NCBI GenBank assembly: GCA_008632985.1
Contig: QPGO01000328.1
Span: 1 to 53,784 of the forward strand
Length of the DNA stretch: 53,784 nucleotides
Direction: 5' to 3'
DNA from: Psammoneis japonica
Taxonomy: Eukaryota
Part shown: piece by piece, positions 20,341-34,045 of the stretch
Position numbering within the stretch: position 1 is the first letter of the stretch
How the letters are laid out: each line of letters begins with the position of its first letter
Program-made: the position numbers and the translations under genes
The notes under the pieces: model-generated
Databases searched by the model: none
What the model saw: the letters and a program-made list of their open reading frames with translations, nothing else
Told to the model about the DNA's origin: nothing

Positions 20341-23231
20341 TCTTGTGCCCCACAAACACCGCAGCTTGTGTTGGCCATTTTGCGGGGAAGAGTGTGCTTG
20401 TGGACCGAGAGACAAGCAGAGTGGGTGCCGGGCCGCTGACGTCTGTTGGAAGCACAACAAACATGCACTGCGAAATCCAGAGCTCGTCTCAAACACTCCA
20501 AATTTGCCTTGCACATCAACCCCTTTCATCCACATTCATTGTGAAACGATTGAGGCGCAGGTCAAGGGGTGAGAGGAGGGCGACAATGACAAACTCAGTG
20601 AAACATGCCGGAATGACGACAGCAGCAGCAGACTCATGCGCCACCGAAGGAGTCGAAATCGACATTCTTGCGTGGAGCGGCACTTGCCAAAATTGCGCCA
20701 ACACACGATGACGCTGCAGACAGCGCCGACAACTTCCCGAGTGACTCGACTTGCAAAAAATGGCAACAACAACTGTGCAAATTCTGTGCAGAATTTCTGG
20801 TTTTTGCACCAGGGGCCAAAAGAATCGCACCGTGCGATTTTTTTGAGCTTTGCCAGCTGGCCTGGCACAGCGACATGTTGCAATCCGTGGGAGGTCTTCT
20901 CTTTCCCACCTCCCAGCTTGGAGTGAGGAACTGCTGGATGGCTGGAGCATCTCGATGACGCAAGCGACACACAGAAATGTCTGAAATGACGTTGACAAAA
21001 TTGCTTTGACATTTTGACTGGGATCCGGCAACTGCAAGAAACAGGAATTCTGGTGAGTGGGCGAAACGGATTCTTCAAAATCCGTCATTCACAAGAATCA
21101 AAACATGGGCACGAGGTCTGATTCCACAGAATTCATTTTCATAAGATTCTTTCATAAGATTCCATGCCAGGATTCAGCAGAATCTCAGATTCTGCAGAAT
21201 CGTCGTAACAGATCCGTCCTGTCAACGTGTGTCGTGCGTGTCTGGCGTTTCTCCTTCTGTGTGAGAGCAGTGCCCACCTGCGAATGCCTTGACGGGGGGG
21301 CACTGGGTCTGGCTATTAGACTCTAGCCTCTGGCAGCACTGAAGCTTGGACCAGCCCGGCATGAGTTGATGCATGCCTGGGTCTCTGTCTTGTTCATTTG
21401 GGAGCATGTTTGATTACAGTCGTCCTTCTAGGTGACTCCGATGAATGATCTAATCGGTGAATGAGACGCCCAAGATTCCAACTGAGACTGCAGATGCTTG
21501 GGCCCAGTGATGGAGCCAACGGACAAATTGTCGAGGGTCGGACGAGGTTGATCGATCAGGTTTGAGCAGGCGAGAGAAACGACAACGTTCCTGTCGAAAA
21601 TCGATAAACTTCCCCGCCATCTCGATCTCCTTGAAAAGAATGTACGCCGACGACGGACTCGACTGCGGCTTCGGGTGTTTTGAATTCTCGAGAATGCACT
21701 GTTGGTCCGTGGTTTTGCTGAAACCAGAATAAGATTGGAAGATTGTTTCAGCCGTGGCCTGCAATCAGGGCTCCTCTGAGCTAGCTCTGAGGGAACCACT
21801 TCCGGTGCAGCGGACAGCACCGTCTCAACCAACAAATCTTTGAACAGGAAGCTGTGGCTTGCATGTCTGCTAATCGAGCTGCCAAGGGAGAAGGCATTGC
21901 TGACATATTTGATCCAGTCTCGAGTGAGTTAGATAACGCCTGTAAACATCGCCATCCAGGCAACTAAGGTTTCACCGTAGGAAGAGAATCGAAAGTTAGC
22001 ATCAATCTCCAACAACTCAATGGTTCGATAGAGCGTGTTAACCTCTCTCTTGACCTCGTCTCCAAGCTTACTATTATCCTTGCTCACCTGCGAAAAAAAT
22101 CTGTGATCGCATCGTAGTGCTTATCACAAGACTGTCCCTGTCGCCATAAATCATTTGAAGACAGACTGTTTCTTGAGCGACATCCACAGCATGGCAATCC
22201 GCTGAGTAAAAAAGCGAGAATGAAAAAATAAACAAGGCATGCGCACATGAAAATGGCAGTAAACTTGAGCGCTTGCTGACGGATATTCAACTGCAGAAAC
22301 AGAAAATGTGTAACAATGAGACGATGTGTCGAAAGGACGCAGACAAAGCACACAACCTTTTGCTTCTCGCCATCTTTTCTTATTTCTTGAGCAGATTCTT
22401 GACACCACGTCGGCGCTCGACATAAGAGCTTATACCGGGGAAGAACCCCTCGATCCGAAAAGACGGGTCATATTTTGGGAAAATCCATCGTTGTAATGTA
22501 AAGCACAATACCTGGTAAGCTGTATTCCAGGATAATGGAGGTGTAATTGCTGTTACAATTTAACAAGAGAATAAACGAATTGCAAAGCCCCTTCTTTGGT
22601 TTCAACACCAGACCACCGCTGTATTTGGTCTTCTTAGATGTTCCATCTTGCCTGTACTTCTTTCTTATGTAGCTTCTAATTTGAGCTCATGAAACTCATT
22701 CAATCTCGGATTATATGCGAACACAAGTTACAAGCGATTCTCGTTAGCTTTTTGGGTGCTGAGCAAAGTTCGCTACACCAGTTGCGCGTCGAACGAGGTG
22801 TGACCAGCCAGCTGACAAAAATGCTTGGACGAAGAAAACCCTGGTGATCCGTCTTGAGCTTCGAAGCCGCCAGGTAAGTGAGAAAATATGTCATCTCACG
22901 AAGCAATTCTTGAGCGCTCAAAGGGGGCATCACGCATCACAAAGCAGTAGCCATAGCACGGCATCAGCTGCCGTCCGATCCCTGGACTTGGAAAACACGG
23001 ATGTGGGCAGCTCAATCAGCACTACCAGAAACAGCGTACAGCGTACACACAAAGGACAAAGAATATGACTCGCTACTTCGACACCATTATCTTTCTCGAG
23101 AGAGACTCTATCTTCCTCAAATCTGAAATGGCATTAGAAGCTACTTCGCATACATACCGTTGCGTTGAATGAATTGATATATCTGAACTGCAGCGACAAA
23201 GGTCTCCCCATACTTTAGGCATTCTTGCCTT

Positions 23232-23492
23232 CTAATCTGACACTTGTATTTTTGATTCAGCACCACGAAAGCCGTCAATGAACCCCGTCGAGAAGACACC
23301 AAAATAAAGAAACGAAAGAATCGTACAAACACCCACCAAGACATGAAAGGTGAATCGCTCATGTCGCTCCAACATGTACAAGCCCGTCCATAAGTTGAAG
23401 CGATAAATGGCCAGTTTAAAGAAGCGAATGATTGGGTTCGTGCTTGATGACTCATAGCAAACCGCATCTGTATTTGTTTTATCGAACGCCAT
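23232..23492 (-). CDS. Serine palmitoyltransferase small subunit-like protein
   Basis: 86-aa ORF with YRFNLWTGLYMLERHERFTF followed by one transmembrane helix, as in the ssSPT family. Composition is normal. Confidence 0.7.
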   Translation of the reverse strand: MAFDKTNTDAVCYESSSTNPIIRFFKLAIYRFNLWTGLYMLERHERFTFHVLVGVCTILSFLYFGVFSTGFIDGFRGAESKIQVSD

Positions 23493-26400
23493 GGTTGGTC
23501 GATTGATAAAAGAAAAGAATCAGCAGTGTACGTACCGGTAGTGCGGTATGCGTGCCGCTTTCCGTCCCAGCTCCATGCGCTTCCACGTGTAAATAATGTT
23601 AACACCCCGTTTTTAACCAAATGCCCACCTCGATCGACTAACAGCAGGGCCCTACACAGATACGATGTTCATGACACTTTCGGGGGCCTAGAATGGGGGT
23701 GAACGTTAGTTACCAACCAATCACTGAATGTTGACTCTCGCACTTTCACGTGCAACAAAGGTGCTCCACGAAAAGCCAGTTCCCGTTTGGAAGCCACCAG
23801 ATGCCGCGAACAATGCACGCCTGCTGCACTCTCGCAAGACATTGGTTTGAGGAGTGTGAGACCGACAATGCTCACATCTTGAGTGTTTTGTGGCTCTGGC
23901 TGCCAGAGCGGGGGTCAAAGTCCAGCCAAAACTTCCAAAAAATTCGAGTCGAGCGGGTCACACGGGATTCAATGCTCGTGACTCGGACAATGAGCCGACC
24001 TTTCTCAACACCGAGATGGACGACAACATCATCACAAACCGATTTCATGGCAACACTCTACTTTCAAATTTGTCTTTGACCTCGTGACAACTGCATTTGA
24101 CCTCTTTCATGCCACAGACAGGCCAAGCAATCCATGAACACTCATCTGCAAGCCACACTCCTCCATTTTCACATTTGATGCCTGTGTCTTTGAGGCCAAT
24201 CTGGAGCAGATGCAAACCAGGGAGGAGCTTTGTTCACTGCCATTTGTCACTCTACAATGTGACAACATCAGAACAATTTTGTCAATGTTGTTTGACTCCA
24301 TTTTTCTTGAACCGCACGCCAACTTCATTCTGCATTTTCACTCCCATCTGCTCAACTCTCTCCCAATCATGAATGCTTGGCTGGGTGCATTGCAGTTGCT
24401 TCATCAAAGTCTTGAATGAGATTTGTCTGGTCAGCGCCATTGCTCAAATGGGCACAATGACATGGTGACAATGTGATGACGACATTGGATTTGTCAATGT
24501 GCTGACACAACAAGAGCCGGCTGCGGCGGCAAGAAAGTTGAGTGAAACAACAAGTGGCGAGCCTTGGACACATTGACAACACCATTTTGATTTTCAGCTT
24601 GCTTTCCTTTTGTCAAACTTGGAGTTTGACTCAGCGGGTGCTGGAAATCCGGCTGGTGGTGGGCATGTGAAGAATCGGCATGAATCATGGCATCACGAAC
24701 GGGCGCAATGGGTGTGTGTGTGCACAAAACTCGACTCGCTGCCATTCTCTGATGGCCCCTTTACAACCCCAAGCAAAAGATGGTGCAACAAACCTGCTGT
24801 GGCAATGGGGCTAGAAACAAAGATTGTTTGGACACCTCATCTGCCGCGCCAATGTCGTCATTGGCTCCGGTGGTTTTTTGACAATTTCTCCATGTTGTCG
24901 CCGCGGTGGTGGTCTGTGTGCTCATCCAGAGTGTGCCTGCCACGCCAGTTTGAAGTTGCTTGAGGCCCGGGTCTCACAGCCGCACCCTCCACTGCCATGA
25001 GTCAAATTCATGCACGCCCAACATGGAACCCAGATCTGGGTTCCTTGCCAAGAAGAATCAAGCATGAAAAAACATGCAACCCCAGTTGTGAAAAGGAACC
25101 CAGGTCCATCTTTTTTTGAAAAAAAAATGGACCCGGGTTCCTTTTCCTGGTCCAATGACATCATGACACAGGAGAAGAACGGATGGCATGGTTTCCCACC
25201 ATGCATGCGACGCATGCGTCGACCATGGTGAAGACCACCGGCAAGTTGAAAGTGGCGTTCATGGAAGCACCTCCACTCCACTGTAGAGAGCTGCTGGCAG
25301 GAGGCGCAACAGCTGTTGACATTGTCCATTGCCGTGCCCGACTGTCAGCAACACAACCTCTTTCAGCTTGTCATTGAATTGCTGGCGTTTCTGCCCGCTG
25401 CACGCAGCTGCATTTCAACAAAGCTGCTGGCCAGTCAGTTGGCAGGATGCTCCAATGAATCATTGCAAGCACCATGTGTCTTGCTGTCAGGAGCTTTCAT
25501 CACATTTCACCTGCTTTGGTTTCCAGACAGTGCCCATGTTTTGCATCCCAGCTGAGATCAGAAAAAATGAGCCGAGCTCAGCAACAGCTTGAAAAGAGCA
25601 AAGACCTGCCAGCATCAAAGAGGAAGAGGTTTTGTTGTGTGCAAAGAAGTTGCCTCACTTTCTACGAAATCAACCGAGTGGAAATTTTTTCTGAGCAAAA
25701 GTGGAGCTGACGCGCTCCAGCTCTGGGTGGGACCTCGCACTGCTGCGCTGTGACATCAACAGTTTTTTGGATCGTGTCGCATGTCGTGCACGTGCATTTC
25801 TCACATTCTACGAAATTGTTTCATGCTCCCTGTTTTGCAAAGCCAAAGGCTTTCCATTTTCAACATTTGTGAGAACAAGAGTGCGCTGGGTGTGTTCTTT
25901 AATGTCTGAAGAACACACCCGGGCAAACTGTCAATGATGTGCTCCAAGCATGAAGGAGGAGACACGTTCGTAAAATTGCCTCTTTTTCTGTTGGCGATCA
26001 TTTGTGTTTTCATTGCAGCACAAAGTTGCTGCGGAGCTCGCACGCAGAATTCTGCGGGCCCAATGTCACACGGAGTCCCACCCAGGACTGGAACCCGTCA
26101 GGTGCCACATGGGGAGCATGTGGGGCGGCAGTTCCTGGTGCACAGCGACTGGCCAGCAAAATCGTTTCATTCTGGAAGCAGTGTGGATGTGGGAGGCCAT
26201 TGTGAGTCTGCATCCCAGGTGGCACATGTGCAACTGCAGCATTGCTTCATCGCAAAACAGAGAAGCTGCTGCAAAATGGAAGAAATTCAATGGACATTCG
26301 TGTGGTGGTTTGCCATTGTGTTGGCGACAATGCACACGCAAGGTGACAGATGATGTTCCTCAACTTGGAGAGGCAGGTGGAGGTGGGACAGAGTCAGGCA

Positions 26401-29400
26401 CTCCACTTGCGCTGGCACCCAACAACGCTGCTCATGGGAAACACCCCGTCGGTTCAGTGAACCACGCGCCAAAATTTTGGGCACATTTCAAGAAATGAGA
26501 GAGGAGAGCAAAGTTGATTTTGATTTGCTGCGTGGGGCACCTGCAGCATGGAACTTGATGTTGCAATGCTGGAGACTGCAGACAGGAAGTGACGGCCTGG
26601 AAAAGGGTTTTGACGAATGCCAGAAATTGTCTGGGAGAGAAATTGTTGTGTGCACTCACAGTGGCGGGTTGGAGGGTGCAACAAACCAGCTTTTGAGATG
26701 CAAACACAAGGGATTGGTGGAGTTGCATGAGATCCAGCTGCCGGGCAGAACCTCAAATGATTCCAACAGAGATGACAACCTGTCAAAAAAGCAGTGTTGC
26801 CGGCATTTGCAAGGCTTTGTGCCAGATTAGATTGAACAGAGCTGCTGCAGAGGTGATGGCAGGGAGCAGTTTTCTGCTGCACACCTTGACAATTCTTCAT
26901 CAACTTTTCAGCACCTGCGGCACTTGCTGCGCGCAGCCGACACAGCTTGGCAATTGCAGCAATCCAGCGTCAATTTTGCGCCCTGTTGCTCTTCCGCAAA
27001 TCATCAAAATCCATCAAAATCCATCCAATCACATGCCACTTGCCATGCCCAATTTGCACTGGTGGGGCCTCTCCACTCTGCCAAAGAGCTGGCACCAACT
27101 AAACTTGCTCCAGGGCCTGGTCCAATGACTTCTGCCTGCTCCCGCAACAGCTTCAAGCTTGGCAAACCAAGCTCCCGTGAACGACTGGCAAGTGACATGC
27201 TCGACTTTGTCACAAAGGATGCAAAGCCTGTGAATTGTGATGAGATGCTTGCAGCAGTTGTGATTGAGGACATGTTGAGTGTGTTTTAACTGTGGGCCAC
27301 AACACTGTCATTTCTGAGTTTAAGGGACTTCACAGAACTCTCCACCAGCTGCAGTTTTGATGTCATTGGAGTTGGTGGAAAGAGCACTTGGTTCGGAACA
27401 AGCAATGGAGAGCACGTGAGAACACGGCGCGCAAATCAGCATCATTCAAATCATCAACAAGGATGTTGGTGCCGCCATGGTGGTGGATGCGCTGCTCTCC
27501 AGACTGGCCATCACCACAACCAGCACACTCACACACCTTGACACAACCTGTTGTGCCTCATTCTGAAGCAGTGAAATGAAAAACAACCTGCAATTGCTTT
27601 GTTCTCCATTGTGGCAACATGAAACTTGTGAGCTTGCCCTGACCCTTTTGAAGCAATTGGGTGAGCAAAACAGGAGCTGTGGAAAGATGCAAATGATGCC
27701 GTTTTGGCTCGCTGCTGCTGGGCATTGTCTCATGATGAGAAATGCCGCACTTTCTGTGCTTCATTGTTCTGCATCTGTGAGGAATGTGCATGAGTGGCTC
27801 TCACGCAGCTTCTGTGCAAAAAGTGCCAAGTGATTGCCAGAGCATCCTCTCAAAAAGGTTGCTGACAACTCTGCAAAAACAAGTTGTGTCATGTGGTGCA
27901 ACAGCTCAAAAGTTGTGCCCATCTTCAAGTGACTCGGCCTGTTGACAATGCTGCCAACAAATGGCTGTGAAAATGTTTTTGTGTGCTGCTTGCCATGTTA
28001 AAATGTTGGCAAGTTTCTTTGTCAAGACAAAGGAGAGACACTTCAAGATTGTTGCAGCTGCTGGCTCTCAACCGGCACTGTTGAGGTTGAGATGGGGTGG
28101 AAACATCTCATGCAACAGAATTGCCCCAGAAGAAATTTTGCCAAGAAAGAAGAGGATGGGCTCAGCAAGGGTGCTGATGACACCCGCCAGAACAAAGAAA
28201 GGGAGAAGTCAATGGCAGCAATGCTGATGGAAGGTGACAAGGAACATTGGTGTGTCTTGAAAGGGTTGAGTTGCCGGTCTTGTGCTCACTTCTTGAGAAA
28301 TGTGTTTGAAAGCTGTGCGGCAAGTTTGGGGTCAGTGAGACAAAGCATGTGTCAGCTGACAAGCACAAAAACTCCAACAGTTTTGTCTGTTGTTGACACA
28401 TGCAGGTCTCAATGGCCGCCACTCCCCCCCACACCAGAAGTGCTCCAGCCCCAGCTCACGCACAAAACGATGCTCCCTTTTGAGCACAATTCATGTGCAA
28501 GCTTCACATGTTGAGGCTGTTCATTGAAAACACTTGTGCACTCTGGCTTTTGTGTTTAATCAGAGCATGAACATTTGAACATTTGTTTCATCATGTGTGT
28601 CAAAAAAATTCTGCAGAAACAACGATGCTGAGTGTGCAACAGCACTCACATTGCAGAGATTCTTGTGCAAGCAGACCACTGCTGTAAAATGCATGAAGAA
28701 ACATTTTGTGTCAACCCACAAATGGCAATGGTGTGTTTGGCAAAAATCATCCTTTTGTGTTGCAACTCGTTCGTCACAATGAAAAAATCAGCGCACAAGA
28801 ACAACGACGATGTTGCAGCACTGGCGCCAATCTTGACTTGTCGGCATTGCAAAACATTGACCTTCAATGAATCCCCATGCTTTTGTCAGTGAAAGCTCAT
28901 TTGCAAGTCAGAGACCATGCGGAAATTGTGTGGGTGTCATTTTTGTGCACGCTTTGGTTCGTGAGTGGGGCCGGAGCACATTGCGCCAAGTGCCCCCTGA
29001 AAGATTGTTGACAAAGCACATCTTCTTTTTGGTGCAGAAAGGGTGGGGCAGGTTTAAGAGTTGAGTGTGTTGATTTTGAAGCCAAGGACTCAACATGCCA
29101 CTCAATGGAGAGCCCCAAGGTTTGATTGACTGGCAGAGCAGAGCAGCGCACAACACAGGGCCCTGTCGGCAGCTTCTTTTTGCAGCTTGTTTTTGAGGAA
29201 TGTGGCTGCCATGTCGCTGGAGAAACGAAACTTGGATGAGCATCAGCTCATGTCATTTGTTGCTTGTTCATCAGTCAAACAGTGTTTTCTCAAATCGTGC
29301 TCTGTTTGTGTCAACAACATCGTTGACGAACCTCCGCCTCTGTGCGCCGAAACTGCGAGAAAAAACTGGGGGGTTTCACATCCGGGGTGAATTCCCCCGA

Positions 29401-29605
29401 TCCGCAACTTTCAACTTCAACATGCTGAGCTGAAACTGCCGCCGCCGTCACCCGTGTGCGCAAGTTGCCAAGCAGTCACCCCTGTGGCAGGGGAGCTGTG
29501 TGTGTGTGCATGGTTGTGCGCGCACGGCTTCGCCGTGTGTTGAGTTTTAATGTCAACATCCACACGAATGTGTGTGTTCCACAAGCAAAAATTCCTGTTC
29601 CACAG

Positions 29606-31544
29606 CTCCCCCAAAACTCTAACCACCAAAAAACCGAGGGGTCGGAAGCGCACTTTTGGGAGCTCTTTTTCTCCGCACAAAAAACACGGGTTTCGTCGAC
29701 TCGACCATGATGATGCCTCGTGGTTCTTCCCCATCGCCTTCCCAGGACGCCGATCCTGCTGACACCATTGCCAGTGACACTGATGCAACAGGTGATGTCA
29801 TCACTCCAGTTCTCGTGGGTGTGACACGTGCAAAATAAGATGCTACAAACTCACACTGTTGTTTGCACGCTCCACCGCCTCCCACAGATGCCATCACGAA
29901 TTCCAACGCCGCACCTGCGTTTCGGGCCCCTGGCATGCCCGATGCTGTTGCTCCTGCCCTCACTGCCGCAGGTGCTGTTGACACTGTCATTGCATTTTGC
30001 CAACAACGTCCACAATGAAATGCCAACAACTCACACTTCTTTCATTCTCGCCCCACCGCCTCCCACAGATGCCATCACGAATTCCAATGCCGCACCTGCG
30101 TGTCGGCCCCCTGGCATGCCCGATGCTGTTGCTCCTGCCCTCACTGCTGCAGGTGCTGTTGACACTGTTGTTGTCTTTTGCCAATGACGTCCACAACGAA
30201 GTGCTTGTAACTCGCACTTCTTTCATTCTTGCCCCGCCGCCTCCCACAGATGCCACCACGAATTCCAATGCCGTGCCTGCGTTTCGGCCCCCTGGCATGC
30301 CCGACACTGTTGATCCCACCCTTGCTGCTGCAGTTGCTGTTGATGCTGTCATTGTTTTTGCTTTGGAAGGAACACAATGGATGACGGATGACGGCGGACC
30401 AGGAAACCCACGCAACCACGGCCTGCTGATGGACGACACATCAATGGACATGAATGGCGCCTCTTGGTTGGCTCTCAAGTGCAGTCTAATCTTTAGAATG
30501 TGCAGACACATTGTGCAGCTCTCTGCAAATTAGAAACCTGATGACAATTGGATGGCAGGCATGCTTTCACAGTTTTTTGGTTTCAAGTTGGAGAGGTCAG
30601 CGAATTGGCATTTGTTTGCAGGCGACTTGGCAAGGTTTCAAATGGTGCATGTGACTTGGACACCACTCTGTTTTCCAGGACTGGGTCATTGTGCACAATT
30701 CCATGAGAGGCCACTCTCGCCATTTGAGTTCCACATGTGATGCACAACACACTGTTTTTGTGTGTTGCTAAAATGGAGGCAGGCAGCAACGTGCTTTTGG
30801 CAAATGCTCACTGTGTTTGTCACCATTGGACCTTCAAAACCAGTGCCTTGTCGACAGCCATGCTGCCACTTTGCATGCCGGCACCTTCTCTGCCCGCATT
30901 CCACCAGCTGCGTCCTCCTTCACATGTTGCTGTGGTTCATCTTGACACTTGCTGTTGGCTCCGATTGGTTCTGCTGGGCTCTGGGTGAGTCTCAATCACC
31001 TCCAGACAGACAAGGTTCTGCTTGGGAACAATCATCCTGAGAAAGGTTGTCACCACACCTCCTGTCATAGATGCTCCTCTGCCACGCCCACTGAACCTTG
31101 AAGTCGGTTTGTTGCTTTTGTTTTTTGACCTGGTTTCGGAGCTGCACCCCAGACCGTTTGAGCGAAGGCTCATCAGCACCTTCCACAACACGGCGATGCG
31201 AACGAGAACCCAGTTTCTCCGGGGACGCAATGACAGGAGTGGACCAATCACGGTGCTGTGTTTGTGTTTCAGGCACAGGATCCGGTGAACAGAAGCCCAA
31301 ATCCTCCGGATGGCAAATCGGCTGTGTTTGGGTAACGACAGCGGGTGTGACGGCACCGGCCAACACAGGAGGGACTGCCGCATCAGATGTGGCAGGCGGG
31401 GATACGTCAGGTGGTGTGGGGGACGAAGAACGGGAGGTCGTCATGGTCGAGTCGACGAAACGCGTGTTTTTTGTGCGGAGAAAAAGAGCTCCCAAAAGTG
31501 CGCTTCCGACCCCTCGGTTTTTGGTGGTTAGAGTTTTAGGGGAG
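29606..31544. repeat. Long inverted repeat pair (~105 bp near-identical arms) about 1.7 kb apart
   Basis: CTCCCC(C/T)AAAACTCTAACCACCAAAAACCGAGGGGTCGGAAGCGCACTTTTGGGAGCTC...GTCGACTCGACCATG occurs at 29606 (+) and 31544 (-). Each copy runs into a related Ser/Pro-rich ORF start. Confidence 0.85.
29850..30365. repeat. 181-bp tandem repeat, about 3 copies
   Basis: CCCACAGATGCCA.CACGAATTCCAA occurs at 29881, 30062 and 30243. Confidence 0.9.
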
Positions 31545-31922
31545 AACATGGTTCAGGATTTTTCCTGCTACTATTAGCATTTGTGTACAAATGCATAAAT
31601 AAATGTGAGAACATTTATATAAAAATATAATGAATAAGATATAAACTGCCACGTAACCATGACATCACCATATTCTCCCCTACCACAGGGGTGCCAAGTA
31701 GTCTACTCCATCGCTCGCTTCTTATGTGGCAGGAGGCGAGGCAGGAGGATCTTTCTCTCGAAGAACACCGCTTCCAATCTGTGGGTGGCTGCCCACATCT
31801 CGTTTTAGGTTCAAAGTCGCTTTTCATATCTATGTTTCAGTTCGCCTGAGTTTTTCTTGTTGTGTGGTTGTGAGATTATTAAGTTCCTCCGTCATTATCA
31901 AAGTAAATAGAGAAGAAACAGC

Positions 31923-33463
31923 ATGAAGTTGTTGTTTGGTGCAACGACGCTATTGTTGTTGCTTTTAGAACCAGCGACAGGTTTTGGCATTGTATCAACG
32001 ACGGGGCAGTGTCGTCACGGCCATGCTGTTTCGTCCTTGGTGGTATTGTCGGAGAGTAGCAGTGGTGGCAGTGCTACTGCAAGCGCAGACGCCTTCTCTG
32101 CCTTTGCCGATAGCCTTGAAGAAGAAGAAGAACCCGAAGGAGAGATGTTTGGTCAAGAAGAAAAAGTAGAGGCTTCGTGGCAAGCTAGTTTGGATGAGAT
32201 TTTAGATCCAACCACATCTCTTGCTCGACGACAAATCCTTCTTAATGATCTCTTGAGCGCAAATGAAGAAATTCGCGATAGCGTACAAGCTGCACTCCGA
32301 GATGGAAAGGTGGGTATTGCATTCTCGTTGCGGCTGCACTGTGTTGATGGGATCCGGTGCCGGAAGTATTTCCTTGTCATCAATGTTTTTCTTCGTTTAT
32401 CTGCTTACCGTTTCCCTCCCGTCGCCTGTTTCTACTTTTCTTCACGTTCATTTTATAGATCGATTCTCTCCTCACACCGAAAAGCAAGAAACTCCAAGAC
32501 GGAACTCGAGCCGTGGCTCGTCAGTTGACGAATGATATTTTACCGGGAATCGCGGCGGCCACTCAGAAATCGCAGCAACCCCCGTCCGATTTACCAACAT
32601 TGCTTCCGAAGGTGGGATCCAGTATTTTCAATGCAATCTCCAATCAAGCAAGGCGCAATCTCGAACTGCTCCAAGGAGATTTGCAGGACCCTTCTCGCAT
32701 TCCAAAGCGACTCACCCGGCAGATTGAAAGCGTGGGAATCGAAGCGAAGAACATCTTTTCGGAAACACCGCAAGGTTTGGTGGGTCCGGCTTATAAAGTG
32801 GTACAAGAGGGAGAGGGCTATGAGATTCGTGAATACGAAGGATACGTGGTGGCCTCAACCAACATGGCAAAGGTGGATGAGCCTTACTCCGTAGACGATT
32901 TGGCAAGTGGAGGAGCCGCCTTCAATACGCTTGCTGCCTATCTGTTTGGAGCCAATGATGAGGGCAAGACCATGGCCATGACGACGCCGGTGGCCACAAC
33001 ATCATTGGGTGAAATGCGCTTTTATCTCCGAAACGACAGTGAGAGCGACGAGAAGGGTTTCCCGGATCCTTTGCAAGAAGATGCTAATGGCTTTTATGAA
33101 AAGGGTGCCGTCAAGATTGTCGATGTACCTCCGGCCCGACTGGCTGTAGCGCGATTCACAGGATTTGTCACCAAGGGTGAAGTATGCCGTCAAAAGGATG
33201 CGCTCCTTTCACGATTGGAGTTGGATGGCATAGAGATTGATGTCCCACATGGAGCTGTTGTGCCGCATGTTGTGTTCCAGTACAATCCGCCCTATACTAT
33301 TCCAATTGTTCGGCGTAACGAAATTGCAGTGCCCGTACGAAGCGATGGAGACGAGTCTGCCAACCTGAAAACCGAATGGCAAGCTACGGATGGCAATGAA
33401 GATGCTGCTACTCCCGACGTAGAGGCTGGAGGCATTGTGGAACCATCCAGTGATGTCGAGTGA
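31923..33463 (+). CDS. SOUL heme-binding family protein, probably plastid-targeted; join(31923..32309,32459..33463)
   Basis: Signal peptide ends ATG-F. A GT..AG intron at 32310-32458 joins the two frames. SOUL motifs are YEIREY, AFNTLAAYLFGAN, MAMTTPV, MRFYL and QYNPPYTIPIVRRNEIAVPV. Confidence 0.9.
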
Positions 33464-34045
33464 ATATCAAGAGCAAATGCAGTAGCATTAGAATTCAAGT
33501 TGATGCCGAGACATTGGATGATAGTGTTATCTAGACAATTTGTGCGCGGCGCTGCAAAATGTAATAAATGTTATGCCTTTAACCTTTAGACCGCATTATG
33601 TTGTTCCTCGTTAACTGTCACGCGACGCAAAAGCAGACAGTTGGAGCACCTGCTGTCGTCCTGATTTTTCCAAATGGCAGTCGATAAGTGCCTTCAATGC
33701 GATGTATAAGGCGCTCCTGCAACGTTTTGGACGTCACAATGTCCTCTATTTCATGTAGCAGATCATGTGCCATGTCATCCGTTGCCTGTCTTTGATGCGA
33801 GGGCTCCTGGGTTGTCGCGTGCGGGTCGTTATCTATAATGTGAATGGAACACGCCACTCTTGACATAGGAGTTCTGCTGATCTACAGTACCAAGATCGTG
33901 ATGGCATGATAACGTAAGTGACTTGCAAGAAATGTTGGTACATAGTTCTTTGAATCTGGCACTATTTTCTTTATTATCAACTACCAATCCAATCCAAATC
34001 ACCGAAAACATTCGACAAGGTAGCACCGAGACTCATACTACTCCT

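Larger units (their letters stand above)
1..21310. other. TpA-depleted (TA->CA/TG) transposon block 1
   Basis: TA is nearly absent and TG/CA is abundant. TE proteins are almost Tyr-free. Ordinary TA frequency resumes at about 21313 (GGCTATTAGACTCTAG). Confidence 0.9.
23720..31545. other. TpA-depleted block 2 (mostly unclassifiable degenerate repeat DNA)
   Basis: TA is nearly absent between GTTAGTTACC (~23710) and GCTACTATTAG (~31568). Confidence 0.85.

Noticed and set aside
1..21310. Classical RIP or CpG deamination as the explanation for TG/CA richness
   Set aside because: C->T changes cannot turn Tyr codons into His/Cys or deplete TpA. CpG decay probably contributes but is not sufficient.
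29606..31544. Hammerhead ribozyme in the inverted arms (Penelope pLTR idea)
   Set aside because: No CTGATGA...GAAA core was seen in the conserved arms.
23720..31545. Dense overlapping Cys/His-rich ORFs in all six frames (also at 40.1-46.4 kb)
   Set aside because: Loss of TA removes TAA/TAG stops and turns Tyr into Cys/His, which creates spurious ORFs and false metal-binding motifs. No family was recognised.
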